Below, piece after piece: positions 50,858-64,000 of a DNA stretch of 64,000 bases. The stretch spans positions 21,800,787-21,864,786 of the forward strand of contig NC_068981.1 in NCBI RefSeq assembly GCF_001194135.2. Direction: 5' to 3'. Below the pieces are notes generated by a model. That model made no database searches. It was not told where the DNA came from and saw only the letters and a program-made list of their open reading frames with translations. Position numbers and translations under genes: made by a program. The DNA is from Octopus bimaculoides (Eukaryota). Each line of letters begins with the position of its first letter. Position 1 is the stretch's first letter.

Positions 50858-51510
50858 CTAAAAATAAAGGAAAAATTAAATAAGATCTGACCAGCACATA
50901 AAGCTGTAAATAGCATAAAATAATATCAAGCGGATTAACTCTCTGATACTCCACACTCATAGTTTAACAGAGTACTTTATGATAAGTATCTGTGGCACTT
51001 TCTACTATATAACATAGAGACCCCAAAATGTGGATAGCATCACATTAGACTGTTTAAATTTTTCTCTTTCTACAGTTTTTATCTTTCTTATTTGCAGTCT
51101 ACGAAAACACTTGACANNNNNNNNNNNNNNNNNNNNNNNNNNNNNNNNNNNNNNNNNNNNNNNNNNNNNNNNNNNNNNNNNNNNNNNNNNNNNNNNNNNN
51201 NNNNNNNNNNNNNNNNNNNNNNNNNNNNNNNNNNNNNNNNNNNNNNNNNNNNNNNNNNNNNNNNNNNNNNNNNNNNNNNNNNNNNNNNNNNNNNNNNNNN
51301 NNNNNNNNNNNNNNNNNNNNNNNNNNNNNNNNNNNNNNNNNNNNNNNNNNNNNNNNNNNNNNNNNNNNNNNNNNNNNNNNNNNNNNNNNNNNNNNNNNNN
51401 NNNNNNNNNNNNNNNNNNNNNNNNNNNNNNNNNNNNNNNNNNNNNNNNNNNNNNNNNNNNNNNNNNNNNNNNNNNNNNNNNNNNNNNNNNNNNNNNNNNN
51501 NNNNNNNNNN

Positions 51511-51549
<39 letters not shown>

Positions 51550-51577
51550 TAAATTCATTATATTCATTGCTGACTCT

Positions 51578-51799
51578 TACAAGGAGGTGCTGAAGAGTTC
51601 CTGGTTTTGGGTGCAAGAAAATAAAGAGGATCAGTTAATTATAATTTTATTCTACATATTCCACTCTCAGATTCACATACATTTATTGCAGTGGTCCGTC
51701 AGTTTTTCTAATCCCTGTAAAAGAACTCGGAAGGTTGGGCCTACAACCAGACCTTTTGGAATACCCTCAAAACCAGGAACTTTTCTGCACTCCATCATA
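51578..51799. mobile_element. Mariner-like MITE
   Basis: TIRs gaggtgctgaagagttcctggttttg / caaaaccaggaacttttctgcactcc. Confidence 0.7.
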
Positions 51800-51869
51800 C
51801 ATTGCCAACTGTACCTCTTTTGATGGGCTGATGGCTTATGCAGTACATTCCTTGTCAGGGATCATCAGA

Positions 51870-52100
51870 TCAGAGCCCATGTCAAAAGCATTTCCAGGTT
51901 AACAAATGCTAAGTAAAAGGATTCATTCCTGCTAAGCACTTCTGTACTTTTCCTGTACTTATTTCACTATGAATATGGCATCAGTGGTACCTCTTCCCAC
52001 CACAAAACCAAACTACATCTCATTCAGATTAATCCTATTCCCAATTAATTTTGTTACAATGGTACCATCTTTTACTCCCTGCTAGGTTCCCCTTCTTTTC
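51870..52100 (-). mobile_element. Degenerate RTE reverse transcriptase fragment
   Basis: Minus translation EM.FGFVVGRGTTDAIFIV...QEKY. Confidence 0.65.
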
Positions 52101-52922
52101 TCCAACATTTCCTTATTGTTATTTTTACAGCTTGAAACTCTTTTTGTTGTTAATTACTTAGCTTTGTAGTGAGAAAGGAACCTGCTGACAGTCACACAGA
52201 CTGGGGCAAGTAGAGTTATAGCTCTTGTTAGGAACCCAGTAAAACAGTTGTACTGGAATGTTATACACTTTACACAGTAAGAATTGTTAAAATGTATCAA
52301 TTAATTCTAAACATTTTTGCTATTCAGAATATCAGGATTATAGAGGCAAGTAGGGAAATAGCAAATTCTTTGAGCTAGGACAAAATACTTTGTGGTATTT
52401 GTTCCTGTTCACTATATTCAGAGTTCAAATCCTGCCAAGATCATCTTTGCCGATCAACCTTCTGGTGTCGATCATGTAGAAGTACCTTGTCATGGATGTG
52501 GATTGGTAGAATAGTGAGAATATTGACAAAATGCCTTGTGGTAATAGCTCTGGTGGATCTCTATGTTCTGAGTTCTTGGTTGGTAGACTTAATCTTTTGC
52601 TCAGCTTAAAACCACCACCTCACACCTAGTGTACCATTAGTAGAGTTTACTTTGTGGCAAGCATTTGGACAATGCACTGCATTACCAAAAGCTTCAGTTA
52701 ATTGTCATTGCCTCTGTGAGGCCCAACATTTGAAAGATCATGCTACCAACAACGGCCATGACTACGATTTCATGGGTACCATTTATGTGACACAGGCAAT
52801 AGACACAACTATGATTTCACTTGGCCCTTCCCTATTCATGAAATTGTACAAAAACAAAGAAAAAGGACTTGGAAATAAGAATCTATAAATCTGAAATAAT
52901 AATAAATAAACTGTTAACTTAC

Positions 52923-53757
52923 GTAAACTTTACAGAGGAGAGATATATATTCCGACTAAAAAATGGAACAATATAAGTGATGACCCATTTGTCAATTCTT
53001 CCATCGCAACGATAAGTTGGTCCGCTCCATTGACCAGACTTAAAAGTAGGTGCTTTGTAAACCAAATCACTGTATTTAAAATGTTTTTGACTCGTTCCAT
53101 TGCGATCAGATCGCACAAATGCTTTAATATGGAATTCTTTCAATTCACTTATATTTGATCTAAAACGTTCTTTTGCTGTCATGAACCCTGGTGTATTCAA
53201 ATAACTCTCTTTCAACCCTGCAGCATCTATTGCCCAAAAACCATGATTGTTTCTATAAGCCCAAGGTCCAAACAAAGCTTTTTCTGTTCCATTAGCTCCA
53301 ATAAATTGGTAACTGTCAAAAAATACAGCAGAAGAAAGTATTTTGTGGTCTGACATCACGTTAGATAAAACCTCAGCAAACATGTGATCTTCTTGAAGTT
53401 GCTGTCCTCCTTTCAGTATTCCAAAATTTACATTATATTCATTGTTTTGTAAAAAGCTGCTCAGAAAATGTGCCAGGCGTAGAGCTGTTCTGGCCTGAGA
53501 TTCAAACTGTGTTTCAGCTCCATATATTACAGATCCAGACAATGACAAGCTTGATGGAGGTTGCTTATGACAGTTTATCTTATTTACATCACCCATTTTT
53601 TTCATAAGAGTTCTGATCTTAACAGCATTATTTTTATCATAAGCATTTCGACGATGACGTGAAGTGCTACGTTTGATATTTCTTTTGATATTTAATGTAC
53701 TCTGCTGTTGCCTGTACATTGTTGTATTGTAATGTTTTCCAAGATGTACTTTGCGAC
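52923..53757 (-). CDS. Minus-gene exon: basic linker and Cache-like domain of module 2
   Basis: tttcag|GT ... AC|gtaagt; 835 nt, phase 1-2; ARTALRLAHFLSSFLQ...AEVLSNVMSDHKILSSAVFFD...FGPWAYR...WSGPTYRCDGRIDKWVITYIVPFF. Confidence 0.92.
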
Positions 53758-54718
53758 CTGAAATACAAAATGTCGATGATAAAGTTAGCATTCTATATAC
53801 TATTTGCATTTGGTGGGAATGTGAAAGTGTTGAGGATGTATGGTTATCAAGGAATTTCAGTTCTAGCTCACATACATCCATTACCAATGTCAACTAGATT
53901 ACACACTGTGAATGTGGTGCAACCACATCCAAATAGATGGCTGAAACCTCAAGACATCTTTTACTGAGAGTCAGTCACTTGCATCCAGGCTTGTTAGGCT
54001 ACCATTCTTATACTGCAAGACTGTCTTCAAATGTGATATGCAGGCCAATGATAGCAACTTATCAAGTTGGAAAGCCTTGACAGCAGATCACATCAGGGAA
54101 TGAATCATTGGGTTGCGAAATCTTATTTTCAAGAATTACAGGTGGTCATGGTGGCAGAACCTTTGTTTAAAGTCACTGCAAGGCCTATGACCTATGAATT
54201 TGGTCTTGGTCTGCAAAGGATTAACCTGGGACCACCACCAACACCAACAACAACAACAACAACTACAACAATAATTCTATTAGAGACTCAGTTCAGAGAA
54301 CCTGTCATGCTAGTGAGGCTCCCTATTATCATTGAATGGTACAATAGCACTTCAGCAGACCAAAATATCACAAGCACTAACCATTCTCATGTAATTCTGT
54401 TATTATTTTATACTAGCTTATTATTTTTTACTATATTTTATACTATATTATTTTATACTGGCTTAAAAGCTGCACACTGTGTAGACTTTTGTGCGAGCTC
54501 CTGCGGAGAGCTAATTGGGCCTGTGGCCGAGGCATTATGTACATTATTTACATTATTTACATTTGATGGATATTTGTCCTCATCTTGTTTCTTGTTAACA
54601 CGTTTCAGCTAATATACCCTCCAGCCTTCATCAGGTCTCTTGGGGAAATTTCGAACCTGGGTTCTCATTCCTAAGGTATTTTTCAATGTTATTATTATTA
54701 TTATCATTATTATCATCA

Positions 54719-54775
<57 letters not shown>

Positions 54776-54999
54776 TTACTTCCTGGAATCGAACTCGGAA
54801 TCTTGGGGTTAAGAGTGCGGGCTACTAANNNNNNNNNNNNNNNNNNNNNNNNNNNNNNNNNNNNNNNNNNNNNNNNNNNNNNNNNNNNNNNNNNNNNNNN
54901 NNNNNNNNNNNNNNNNNNNNNNNNNNNNNNNNNNNNNNNNNNNNNNNNNNNNNNNNNNNNNNNNNNNNNNNNNNNNNNNNNNNNNNNNNNNNNNNNNNN

Positions 55000-55054
<55 letters not shown>

Positions 55055-56220
55055 CATATATATATGTATGTGTATATATATACATACATATATGTATGTA
55101 TGCATGTATATATGTACGATGGCTGTCTGTCCACTCATGATGGATGAAGACCATCACTGACCACTAAGGACACTGTGAACTCCGACAAAATTACACTTTA
55201 TACTTGTTGCTGCACTGGTGACTAATGAGCCCAACACTTGATAGACTTACATACATATGTACGTATGTACATACATACATACATACATGCATGCATACAA
55301 ACAAACAGACAGACAGACAGATGTAACACATATACATATATAACTTTACATAGCATCAACACAAGGAATATTAGTGAAACATTCCCATCAGAACTTATAT
55401 GTATGTGTGTGTATATTTGTGTGTCTGTGTTTGAACCCCAACATTGCTTGACAACCGATGCTGGTTTGTTTACGTCCCTGTAACTTAGCAATTTGGCAAA
55501 AGAGACCGATAGAATAAGTACTAGGCTTACAAAGAATAAGTCCTGGGGTGGATTTGCTTGACTAAAGGTGGTGCTCCAGCATGGCCGCAGTCAAATGACT
55601 GAAACAAGTAAAAGAGTATCTAATATGCACACTATTAATACAATCTGTAAGTGGAACAATAAAAATATCCAAAACTTTCTTGAAGCTCAAAATATAAATT
55701 TGTTTTTGTTATTTACATTCCAGTGACAGGGAACTTTGTATCTTTGTTAGAAACCAGCTCCTTCTGCAGGAAAAGATTAAAAATTTTTAAAAATAGAAGG
55801 GAGCATACATACATACATACATACATACATACATACATACATACATACATACACACATACATACATACATACATACACGTACATACATGCATGCATACAT
55901 GCATACAAATTTTGAAATAAAACTGAATAATGACATACATACATATATGCATATATATGCATACATATACATTAGGCTTCTACACAGTTTCCATTTTGCA
56001 AAATTCACTCACAAGGTATTATTCAATGACAGGTTTAACAGAAGACTAGAAGGTGCTGCACAGCAGAAATGAACCTGGAACCTCATGAATGAGAAACAAG
56101 CTTCTAAACCACACATTACACAACATTGCATATTAGTATTACTTGTTGTATTGCATACACTGACATACACACACTTATGAACATATACTCACACCCACAT
56201 ATGCATACATACACTCATGT

Positions 56221-56321
<101 letters not shown>

Positions 56322-56477
56322 CGCAGATACTCACATGTGCACTCACACATACATATTCTTTTCTACTCTAGGCACAAGGCCTAGTACTTAATTTATCAAC
56401 TGGTACTTAATTTATCAACCCTGAAAGGATGAAAGGCAAAGTCCACCTTAGCAGACTCACACATACATAATACTTAC

Positions 56478-56643
56478 GTTGAATGGAAGTGCATGTAAAA
56501 CCATACTCGTATTCCTCTTGAGTAGCTTGTTCTATAATTGATCCTTGGAATGGTGGTTTAATTTGGGATGGGTATTTATAGCCTTGTTTGCAGACACATT
56601 TGTAACCTCCTCGTTTGAAGCCATAACCAGATACATGCTTGCA
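56478..56643 (-). CDS. Minus-gene exon: EGF-like Cys motif of module 1
   Basis: tttcag|TGC ... C|gtaagt; 166 nt, phase 0-1; CKHVSGYGFKRGGYKCVCKQGYKYPSQIKPPFQGSIIEQATQEEYEYGFTCTSIQ. Confidence 0.9.
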
Positions 56644-57597
56644 CTGAAAGATTAGAATAACGTCTTTTAGATATTAGGATATACACAAGTAGACTTACCA
56701 TATTTGATGGCCTATAAGACGCACGACTGCATAGGACGCACCCTAGCCTAGGCTATACTTTTCTAAAATAAAGTTTAATTCCTCCACTTGTATAACTGTA
56801 TGTTATTACCAGTAGGTGGAAGCGCAATGGCCCAGTGGTTAGGACAGCGGACTCACAGTTGGAAGATCGCAGTTTCGATTCCCAGACCGGGCGTTGTGGG
56901 TGTTTATTCGAATGAAAACACCTAAAGCTCCACGAGGCTCCAGCAGGGGATGGTGGCGAACCCTACTGTACTCTTTCACCACAACTTTCTCTCACTCTTA
57001 CTTCCTGTTTCTGTTGTGCCTGTAATTAAAAGCACCCACTACACTCTCAGAGTGGTTGGCGTTAGGAATGGCATCCAGCTGTAGAAAGTCTGCCAAATCA
57101 GGTTGGAGCCTGGTGTAGCCATCTGGTCCTCAGTCAAATTGTCCAAAGCGGACGTTAAACGATGATGATGATGATGATGATGAGGTCACTGCCTGGAATC
57201 AAACTTGAAATCTTGGGATTAGTAGCCCGTGCTCTTAACCACTACGCTATATGCCAATAGTAGAAAGGATTATTATTATTATTATTAAGGCAGTGAGCTG
57301 GTAGAATCCTTAACATGCTGGACAAAATGCTTAGTGGTATTTTGTCTGTATGTATGTATGCATGTGTGTATACCCTTGTCTTGACACTATGCAATGGTTG
57401 TTAACAAGTATCATCATTCAGTTAAAAGCATGTCTGGCCATGGGAAAATATTACCTTGCTTGGAAACAGATGAGTGTTCCTGACAAGAAGTGAGGGCATC
57501 CAGCTATCCAGCTGTAGAGAATCTGCCATTACAAATTCTATCTCACCCATGCAAATATGGTAAAGTGAACATTAAATTTTGATGACAATGACAACAC

Positions 57598-57644
<47 letters not shown>

Positions 57645-57650
57645 ATGATT

Positions 57651-57693
<43 letters not shown>

Positions 57694-57830
57694 CATTTTT
57701 GGAGATGAGAATTAAAATTGGTACACCCAAGTAATAAGTAGTGGTATGAACCAAAGGTACAGTAATGCAACGTGGGTATGGCAGTCTAAGATAAACATTA
57801 TATATAACAGTACTCCCAGTATTATTATAC

Positions 57831-57957
57831 CTTCGTTGTTGGTTTACATCTGTCAATTCCAGCAAGATAATTTGGTAAAGGATTTCCAATGCTTATAGGA
57901 CAGGCATTAAAATCAATTTTTCGAAAGTATGTATCCATGGTAACCAATGCAACTATT
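57831..57957 (-). CDS. Minus-gene exon: module 1 DFNAC segment
   Basis: ttccag|A ... AAG|gtataa; 127 nt, phase 2-0; IVALVTMDTYFRKIDFNACPISIGNPLPNYLAGIDRCKPTTK. Confidence 0.88.
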
Positions 57958-58006
57958 CTGGAAAAAATAAAATAAAAAACAATAAAAATATAAACACATA
58001 CACATA

Positions 58007-58203
58007 CCGTTGCTAGTACCGCCTAACTGGCCTTCGTAGGATTTTCGAGCGAGATCGTTGCCAGTGCCCCTGGACTGGCTCTTGTGCGGGCGGCACATAA
58101 AATACACCATTTTGAGCGTGGCCGTTGCCAGTACCACCTGACTGGCCTTCGTAGGATTTTCGAGCGAGATCGTTGCCAGTGCCCCTGGACTGGCTCTTGT
58201 GCG
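58007..58203 (+). repeat. 115-bp tandem repeat running into an about 970-nt gap
   Basis: Units start at 58007 and 58122; the sequence is the internal segment of SINE family A. Confidence 0.75.
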
Positions 58204-59776
58204 NNNNNNNNNNNNNNNNNNNNNNNNNNNNNNNNNNNNNNNNNNNNNNNNNNNNNNNNNNNNNNNNNNNNNNNNNNNNNNNNNNNNNNNNNNNNNNNNN
58301 NNNNNNNNNNNNNNNNNNNNNNNNNNNNNNNNNNNNNNNNNNNNNNNNNNNNNNNNNNNNNNNNNNNNNNNNNNNNNNNNNNNNNNNNNNNNNNNNNNNN
58401 NNNNNNNNNNNNNNNNNNNNNNNNNNNNNNNNNNNNNNNNNNNNNNNNNNNNNNNNNNNNNNNNNNNNNNNNNNNNNNNNNNNNNNNNNNNNNNNNNNNN
58501 NNNNNNNNNNNNNNNNNNNNNNNNNNNNNNNNNNNNNNNNNNNNNNNNNNNNNNNNNNNNNNNNNNNNNNNNNNNNNNNNNNNNNNNNNNNNNNNNNNNN
58601 NNNNNNNNNNNNNNNNNNNNNNNNNNNNNNNNNNNNNNNNNNNNNNNNNNNNNNNNNNNNNNNNNNNNNNNNNNNNNNNNNNNNNNNNNNNNNNNNNNNN
58701 NNNNNNNNNNNNNNNNNNNNNNNNNNNNNNNNNNNNNNNNNNNNNNNNNNNNNNNNNNNNNNNNNNNNNNNNNNNNNNNNNNNNNNNNNNNNNNNNNNNN
58801 NNNNNNNNNNNNNNNNNNNNNNNNNNNNNNNNNNNNNNNNNNNNNNNNNNNNNNNNNNNNNNNNNNNNNNNNNNNNNNNNNNNNNNNNNNNNNNNNNNNN
58901 NNNNNNNNNNNNNNNNNNNNNNNNNNNNNNNNNNNNNNNNNNNNNNNNNNNNNNNNNNNNNNNNNNNNNNNNNNNNNNNNNNNNNNNNNNNNNNNNNNNN
59001 NNNNNNNNNNNNNNNNNNNNNNNNNNNNNNNNNNNNNNNNNNNNNNNNNNNNNNNNNNNNNNNNNNNNNNNNNNNNNNNNNNNNNNNNNNNNNNNNNNNN
59101 NNNNNNNNNNNNNNNNNNNNNNNNNNNNNNNNNNNNNNNNNNNNNNNNNNNNNNNNNNNNNNNNNNNNNNNNAGTCCCACTGCGTGGCACCTTGGGCAAG
59201 TGTTTCTGTTATAGCCTCGGGCCAACCAAAGCCTTGTGAGTGGATTTGGTAGACGGAAACTGAAAGAAGCCTGTCATATATATGTATATGTATATGTATA
59301 TATATATGTGTGTGTGTGTTTGTGTGTCTGTGTTTGTCCCCCCAACATCGCTTGACAATCGATGGTGGTGTGTTTACATCCCCGTAACTTAGTGGTTCGG
59401 CAAAAGAGACTGATAGAATAAGTACTAGGCTTACAAAGAATAAGTCCTGGGGCCGATTTGCTCGACTAAAGGCGGTGCTCCAGCATGGCCACAGTCAAAT
59501 GACTGAAACAAGTAAAGAGAGTATATATATACACACACACATGATAGACTTCCACATAGCTTACATCTACTAAATTCATTCACAACATTCACAAAGCATT
59601 GATTAGTACAGGGCTATAGTAGAAAACACTTGCTCAAGATGCCACACAGTAGGACTGAACCAAAAACAACCATGTTGCACCTATAAAAATATAAATTGAA
59701 TATAAAAAGCAGAATATAAATACAATATTAAACAACCCAAACTTTTATGAAAATATTTAACCTTCTGTTTTATTAC

Positions 59777-60122
59777 CTTGGTCTCCTCATATGTGTGAGA
59801 CGTGAATATCTTGGCATGAAATCTATCACAGGTGAGACAGCAGAAACTATCCATTCATTTGACTTTCCGCAGTCAAAATATGGCTGAGTAAATTTCACAG
59901 GAAGTATTTCATTCTTGGAATGCTGACCAGGAACGCTTGGTCCAAAGAAAACTGAAATATGAAAATGTTCACTGTCGAACTGTCCAGGTCTGCTTGAATA
60001 TTTTATACCCACAGCATATTTATATTTTATCAAAGAATCCTTTGCACTGTACACATCTGGCATATCCCATAAAGAGTACCAAATATTTGTTTTACTCCAT
60101 CTCTTTGTATAATTGTTGGGAC
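59777..60122 (-). CDS. Minus-gene exon: C-terminal half of the Cache-like domain of module 1
   Basis: ttctag|GT ... AG|gtaata; 346 nt, phase 1-2; VKFTQPYFDCGKSNEWIVSAVSPV matches the PYFDC...W.I strand of GPR158-type ectodomains. Upstream exons not found in the window. Confidence 0.88.
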
Positions 60123-60639
60123 CTAGAAAAAATAAAAGACAATAAGTTACATTGTAACAAGTCAATGAGAGAAATATTAAGCATACAAAACTATTATTAT
60201 CATTGTCATTTGCCAAGGTTGACTTTGCCTATCATTTTTTCAGGGTTGATAAAGTAGGTACAATTTGAAGACTAGGGTTGATGTAATCAACTATTCCTCT
60301 CCCCCAAAGCTGGCAGAATTGTTAGCATGCTGGGTGAAATACCTTGTGGTATTTTGTCCATCTTCACGTTCTGAGTTCAAATTCTGCTGAGGTTGACTGT
60401 CATCCTTTCAGGGTCAATAAAATGAGTACCAGTTATACACTGGAGTTGATGTAATCAACTACCCGCTCCCCCAAATTATCATTGTTGTTGTTGTTGTTGT
60501 TGTTAAGGTGGCAAGCTAGCAGAATCATTAGCGCATCAAACAAAATGCTTTTCTGGCTCTGTGTTCTGAGTTCCTAACTGGGCCCCACCTGCAAGGTCAT
60601 GCACTGTTAATCTTGATATGATATTATTATTATTATTAT

Positions 60640-61325
60640 AATGATAGGAATGAGCAAGTGTCTCCGCTGTGCCATATCTGTAATAGCATGAATGAAATCA
60701 TTGCTCATATCACGAATGACTGCCCTAGACTTGCCCAAAACCACTACAGGTTGTGGCGACATGATCAGGTAGCGAAAGTGTTATATTGGAAACTGTGCGA
60801 AAAGTGAGGGTTAGAGATGTAAGACGTGGTATGAGCATAAACCACAGAGAGTGGTGGAGTCAGAGACTAGCAAAATCCTCTGGGGTTTCCCAATCCAAAT
60901 AGATCAGGAACTAGAGCATAACTGACTGGACCTAGTGGTGGTGGACAAGGTGCACCACATGTGCTTTTTGTTTATCTTGCATGCCCTTTTGCCTCATGAA
61001 TAGTCTTGAAGGAAGGTGAAAAGATAGATAAATACAACCCTCTTAAGTACAAAATAGCCTGGCTATGGAAAAGGAAGATGGTGAAGAGAGTGCCAATTAT
61101 TGTTGGGTCCTTGGGAACAGTATCAGAAGGCATCAAGGGGAATATAAAAGAAATTGGAATAGAGTGCCCAGTAGAACTGTTACAAAAAGTTTGCCTCCTT
61201 GACATGGCCAGAATAATCAGGAAAGAAATAGCTGAAAAGAATGGAAGCATGGTACCATAGACTGCAGGTAGCAAGCCTGCTATGCATGCAATACTTGGGG
61301 AGTTCCTACAAAACCTGTGATAAAA
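60640..61325 (+). mobile_element. R4/Dong-like LINE 3' end (zinc knuckle and RLE)
   Basis: CAISVIA/NECPRLAQ, RHDQV, KILWGFPIQ, KYNPLKYKIAWLWKRKMVKRVPIIVGSLGTV; similar to 7300-7920. Confidence 0.85.
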
Positions 61326-61329
61326 GGAA

Positions 61330-63600
61330 GAAAAAAAACATATATAAAAAATAATGATAGAAGAAAGGGCTAAAAAACAGCACATGAAGAATTGACATAA
61401 AAGGTGACTGCATTACAGGTCAAATTGAAAAGACATGATGCTAGATGCAAAGGTTTCAAACAGGATAGACTGTTCCAATCAAATAGATGGCATCTTTTTG
61501 AGGAATTAGAGGGAAGCCAATACCAAGAGCTCATTCCAGATGCGAGAGAAAAATAAAGAATTTTGGGGAGGGGAAACAGAAAGAAAGCACAGACTGGCTA
61601 AAAAAGGTGGAAAGGCAACTTGCAACTCTATCAAGACAAAAGGGCATTTGAATTAATCTATATACAGTGAGACAGAAGTTAAAAGAAATAGCAAACTGGA
61701 AAGGACCAGGCCTGGATGAAGTACAAGGCTGCATAACTGGATGACTGCTTGCAGCTAAGTCATGTCCTTGCCTGGATAACAAGTGGATGAATGCTGCTAT
61801 GCCTCAAGGTTTCCATTGAAAGGGAACTTGGCAACAATTTTTTTACCTATAACTTGTTTACCACTTATATGGAAGCTTATTACTGGTGTCTTGGCAGAAG
61901 TGTTATACAGCCATCTGGAAAGTAGCGATCTACTTCCAGAAGAACAGAAAAGATGCAGGAAACAGATGTAGGGCAACAAAAGATCACTTATTAGTTGATA
62001 AAATGATAATTAGAAATTGTAGACATAGATTGACAGGACTGAATGTAGCATGGCTAGATTACAAAAAAGCATATGACATGGTGCCACATAGTTGAATACG
62101 TAAAACAAAGAGCATATTTGGAATAACAAAAAACATGGAGAAAATGCTTAACGAAAGTATGAAATATTGGAATACTGAACTAATCAGGAGAAAACAAAGA
62201 CTCAGAAAAGGGAATATCAGATGTGAAATATTCCAAGGTAATAGCTTATCTCCATTACTATTTGTATTGGCCATGATACTGCTCACTATGATAGTACAAA
62301 AAGTTAAAAATGCTTTAGATTTGGGAAAAGGAAATGGTCAGATAAATCATCTTTTTATGAAGATGATATAAATGTTTGTGCATAAAATGAGAAGCGGCTT
62401 GAAAGTCTTGTACATACTCTCTGGATTTTCTCAAATGATGTAGGTAGGGAATTTGGGATAGAAAAGTGTGATATTTTAAAAATGAAACAAGAAAGATTTA
62501 AAAGAAGCCAGGAAAGTGAAATGCCAAATGAGCAAACAGTGAGAGCGGTCAAGGACAGTGGTTTAAGTATTTAGGAATACTGGAAGCAGACGAGATAAAA
62601 AATGAAGAAATGAAACAAATTGCCTGTAGGGAGAACACAAGGGGAGTCAGAAAATGATTGCAGTCAAAGCTGAATGCCGAAAATCTTATTGAAGCAATTC
62701 AATAAATTCTAGAGCAGTATCCTTAATCAGATATGGAGTTGGAATTATAGACTGGACCAAAAACGATATTAAGAAACTTGACAGGAAAACTAGAAAGTTG
62801 TTGACAATGTATGGAGCCTACAATCTGAAAGCTGGTATCAACCAGTTGTATAAAGTGGAAGAGACTTGCAAGCAGTAGAAGAATGTGTACAGACGGAGAG
62901 AAAAAGCCCAGCAGAGGGCACAGAAAAACTACTAAGGACAATGAATAAAGAACAGGTGATCAAGTGTATAATGGGAGAAAAAAAGACAAGAATGAAATAC
63001 AAAGAGAGCATGTCAGACAGATTGAAGAGAAACCACTGCATGGTCAATTTTGGACAGCCACTGAAGATGTATGTGGAACAAAATCCTGGGCTTGGTTAAA
63101 AAAGGGGCAATTAAAAAAATAAATAGAGAGCCTAATTGTAACAGCCCAGGATCAAGCAATAAAAACAAACCACTTGAGAAAAAAATATATATGGAGAGAA
63201 TGTGTTAGAAAAATGGAGAGCCTGTGGAACTTAGAATGAGTCAGTGGCACACATTGTGACACAATGCACCAAGTTGGCACAGGAAGAGTATAAGAAATGG
63301 ACACATGACCAGTTTGTAAAAGTTTTACACTGGGAACTTTGCCAGAAATGGGGATTTGAAGTTAGAAAGACATGGTACAATCACTGAGTCAAAATAATAA
63401 TAATAATACTACTAATAATAATAAAAATTGGACAAATGGCTGAAGGAGAGTGAAATAGAATGCCTGGTGGAGCTCCTACAGAAAGTTTGTCTCTTAGAGA
63501 CAGCAAGGATTATCAGGTGGGGTCTAAGCACTGGAGAGACTGCTGAAAACATATATGGATATCTAAGGTTACAGTAACCTGTACCCACATAATTCCTACC
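61330..63600 (+). mobile_element. R4/Dong-like LINE with degenerate reverse transcriptase
   Basis: [66 protein letters not shown], degenerate YMDD; multiple stops. Confidence 0.88.
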
Positions 63601-63630
63601 AGGAATAAGACTGAACCTGAGCCAAACCAA

Positions 63631-63671
<41 letters not shown>

Positions 63672-63892
63672 TAATAATAACAATAATGGTTTCAAATTTT
63701 GCCACAAGGGCAGCCATCTTGGGGGAAGGGATAAATTGGTTACATCAACCCCAGTGTTTCACTGGTACTTAATTTATCGACCCCAAAAGGATGAACGGCA
63801 GAGTGGAATTTGAACTCAGAACGTAAAGACGGCCAAAATGCTACTATGCATTTTACCCAGCATGCTAATGAATCTGCCAGCATGCTGCCTTA

Positions 63893-63925
<33 letters not shown>

Positions 63926-63964
63926 GTAATAGTAATAATAATAGTAATAGTAATAGTAATAGTA

Positions 63965-64000
<36 letters not shown>

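Noticed and set aside
53758-53893. N-terminal extension of the 324-aa ORF
   Set aside because: It lies upstream of a good tttcag acceptor whose phase matches the 56478 donor; intronic read-through
57185-57255. tRNA-like sequence on the minus strand (also 54770-54828, 56815-56890)
   Set aside because: A/B boxes are present but the acceptor stem and cloverleaf are incomplete, and SINE bodies or tails follow; these are SINE heads, not tRNA genes
57913-59252. Long ORFs of 346-428 aa (also at 22732, 39313, 51005, 54631)
   Set aside because: Open only because they run through N-gaps

Overview
AT-rich, microsatellite- and SINE-dense eukaryotic DNA with many N-gaps. The repeat landscape resembles Octopus (inference). 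The window holds the 3' parts of two convergent spliced genes, both reconstructed by hand from splice sites with consistent intron phases. (1) Plus strand, 17 exons from 2019 to 38271 plus a candidate 25-nt micro-exon; 3368 nt of CDS, 5' end outside the window. It encodes a single-pass receptor: 6 EGF, pentraxin/LamG-fold domain, 6 EGF plus one 4-Cys EGF, SEA, TM, then a cytoplasmic tail with NPxY, YxxL and SH3-ligand proline motifs. (2) Minus strand, 7 exons from 60122 to 47162; 1850 nt of CDS, 5' end outside the window. It encodes two tandem GPR158/GPR179-type ectodomain modules (Cache-like plus EGF-like), a furin-type RHRR linker and a GPI-signal-like C-terminus, with no 7TM. The main non-coding signal is six foldback (inverted-repeat) elements from unrelated families. 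At least four carry outward-facing type I hammerhead-ribozyme motifs or remnants, and the pair at 25446-26104 is nearly intact. The window also has R4/Dong-like, RTE and CR1-like LINE fragments, mariner- and piggyBac-like MITEs and at least four tRNA-derived SINE families. Family and domain names come from motif recognition, not database searches.
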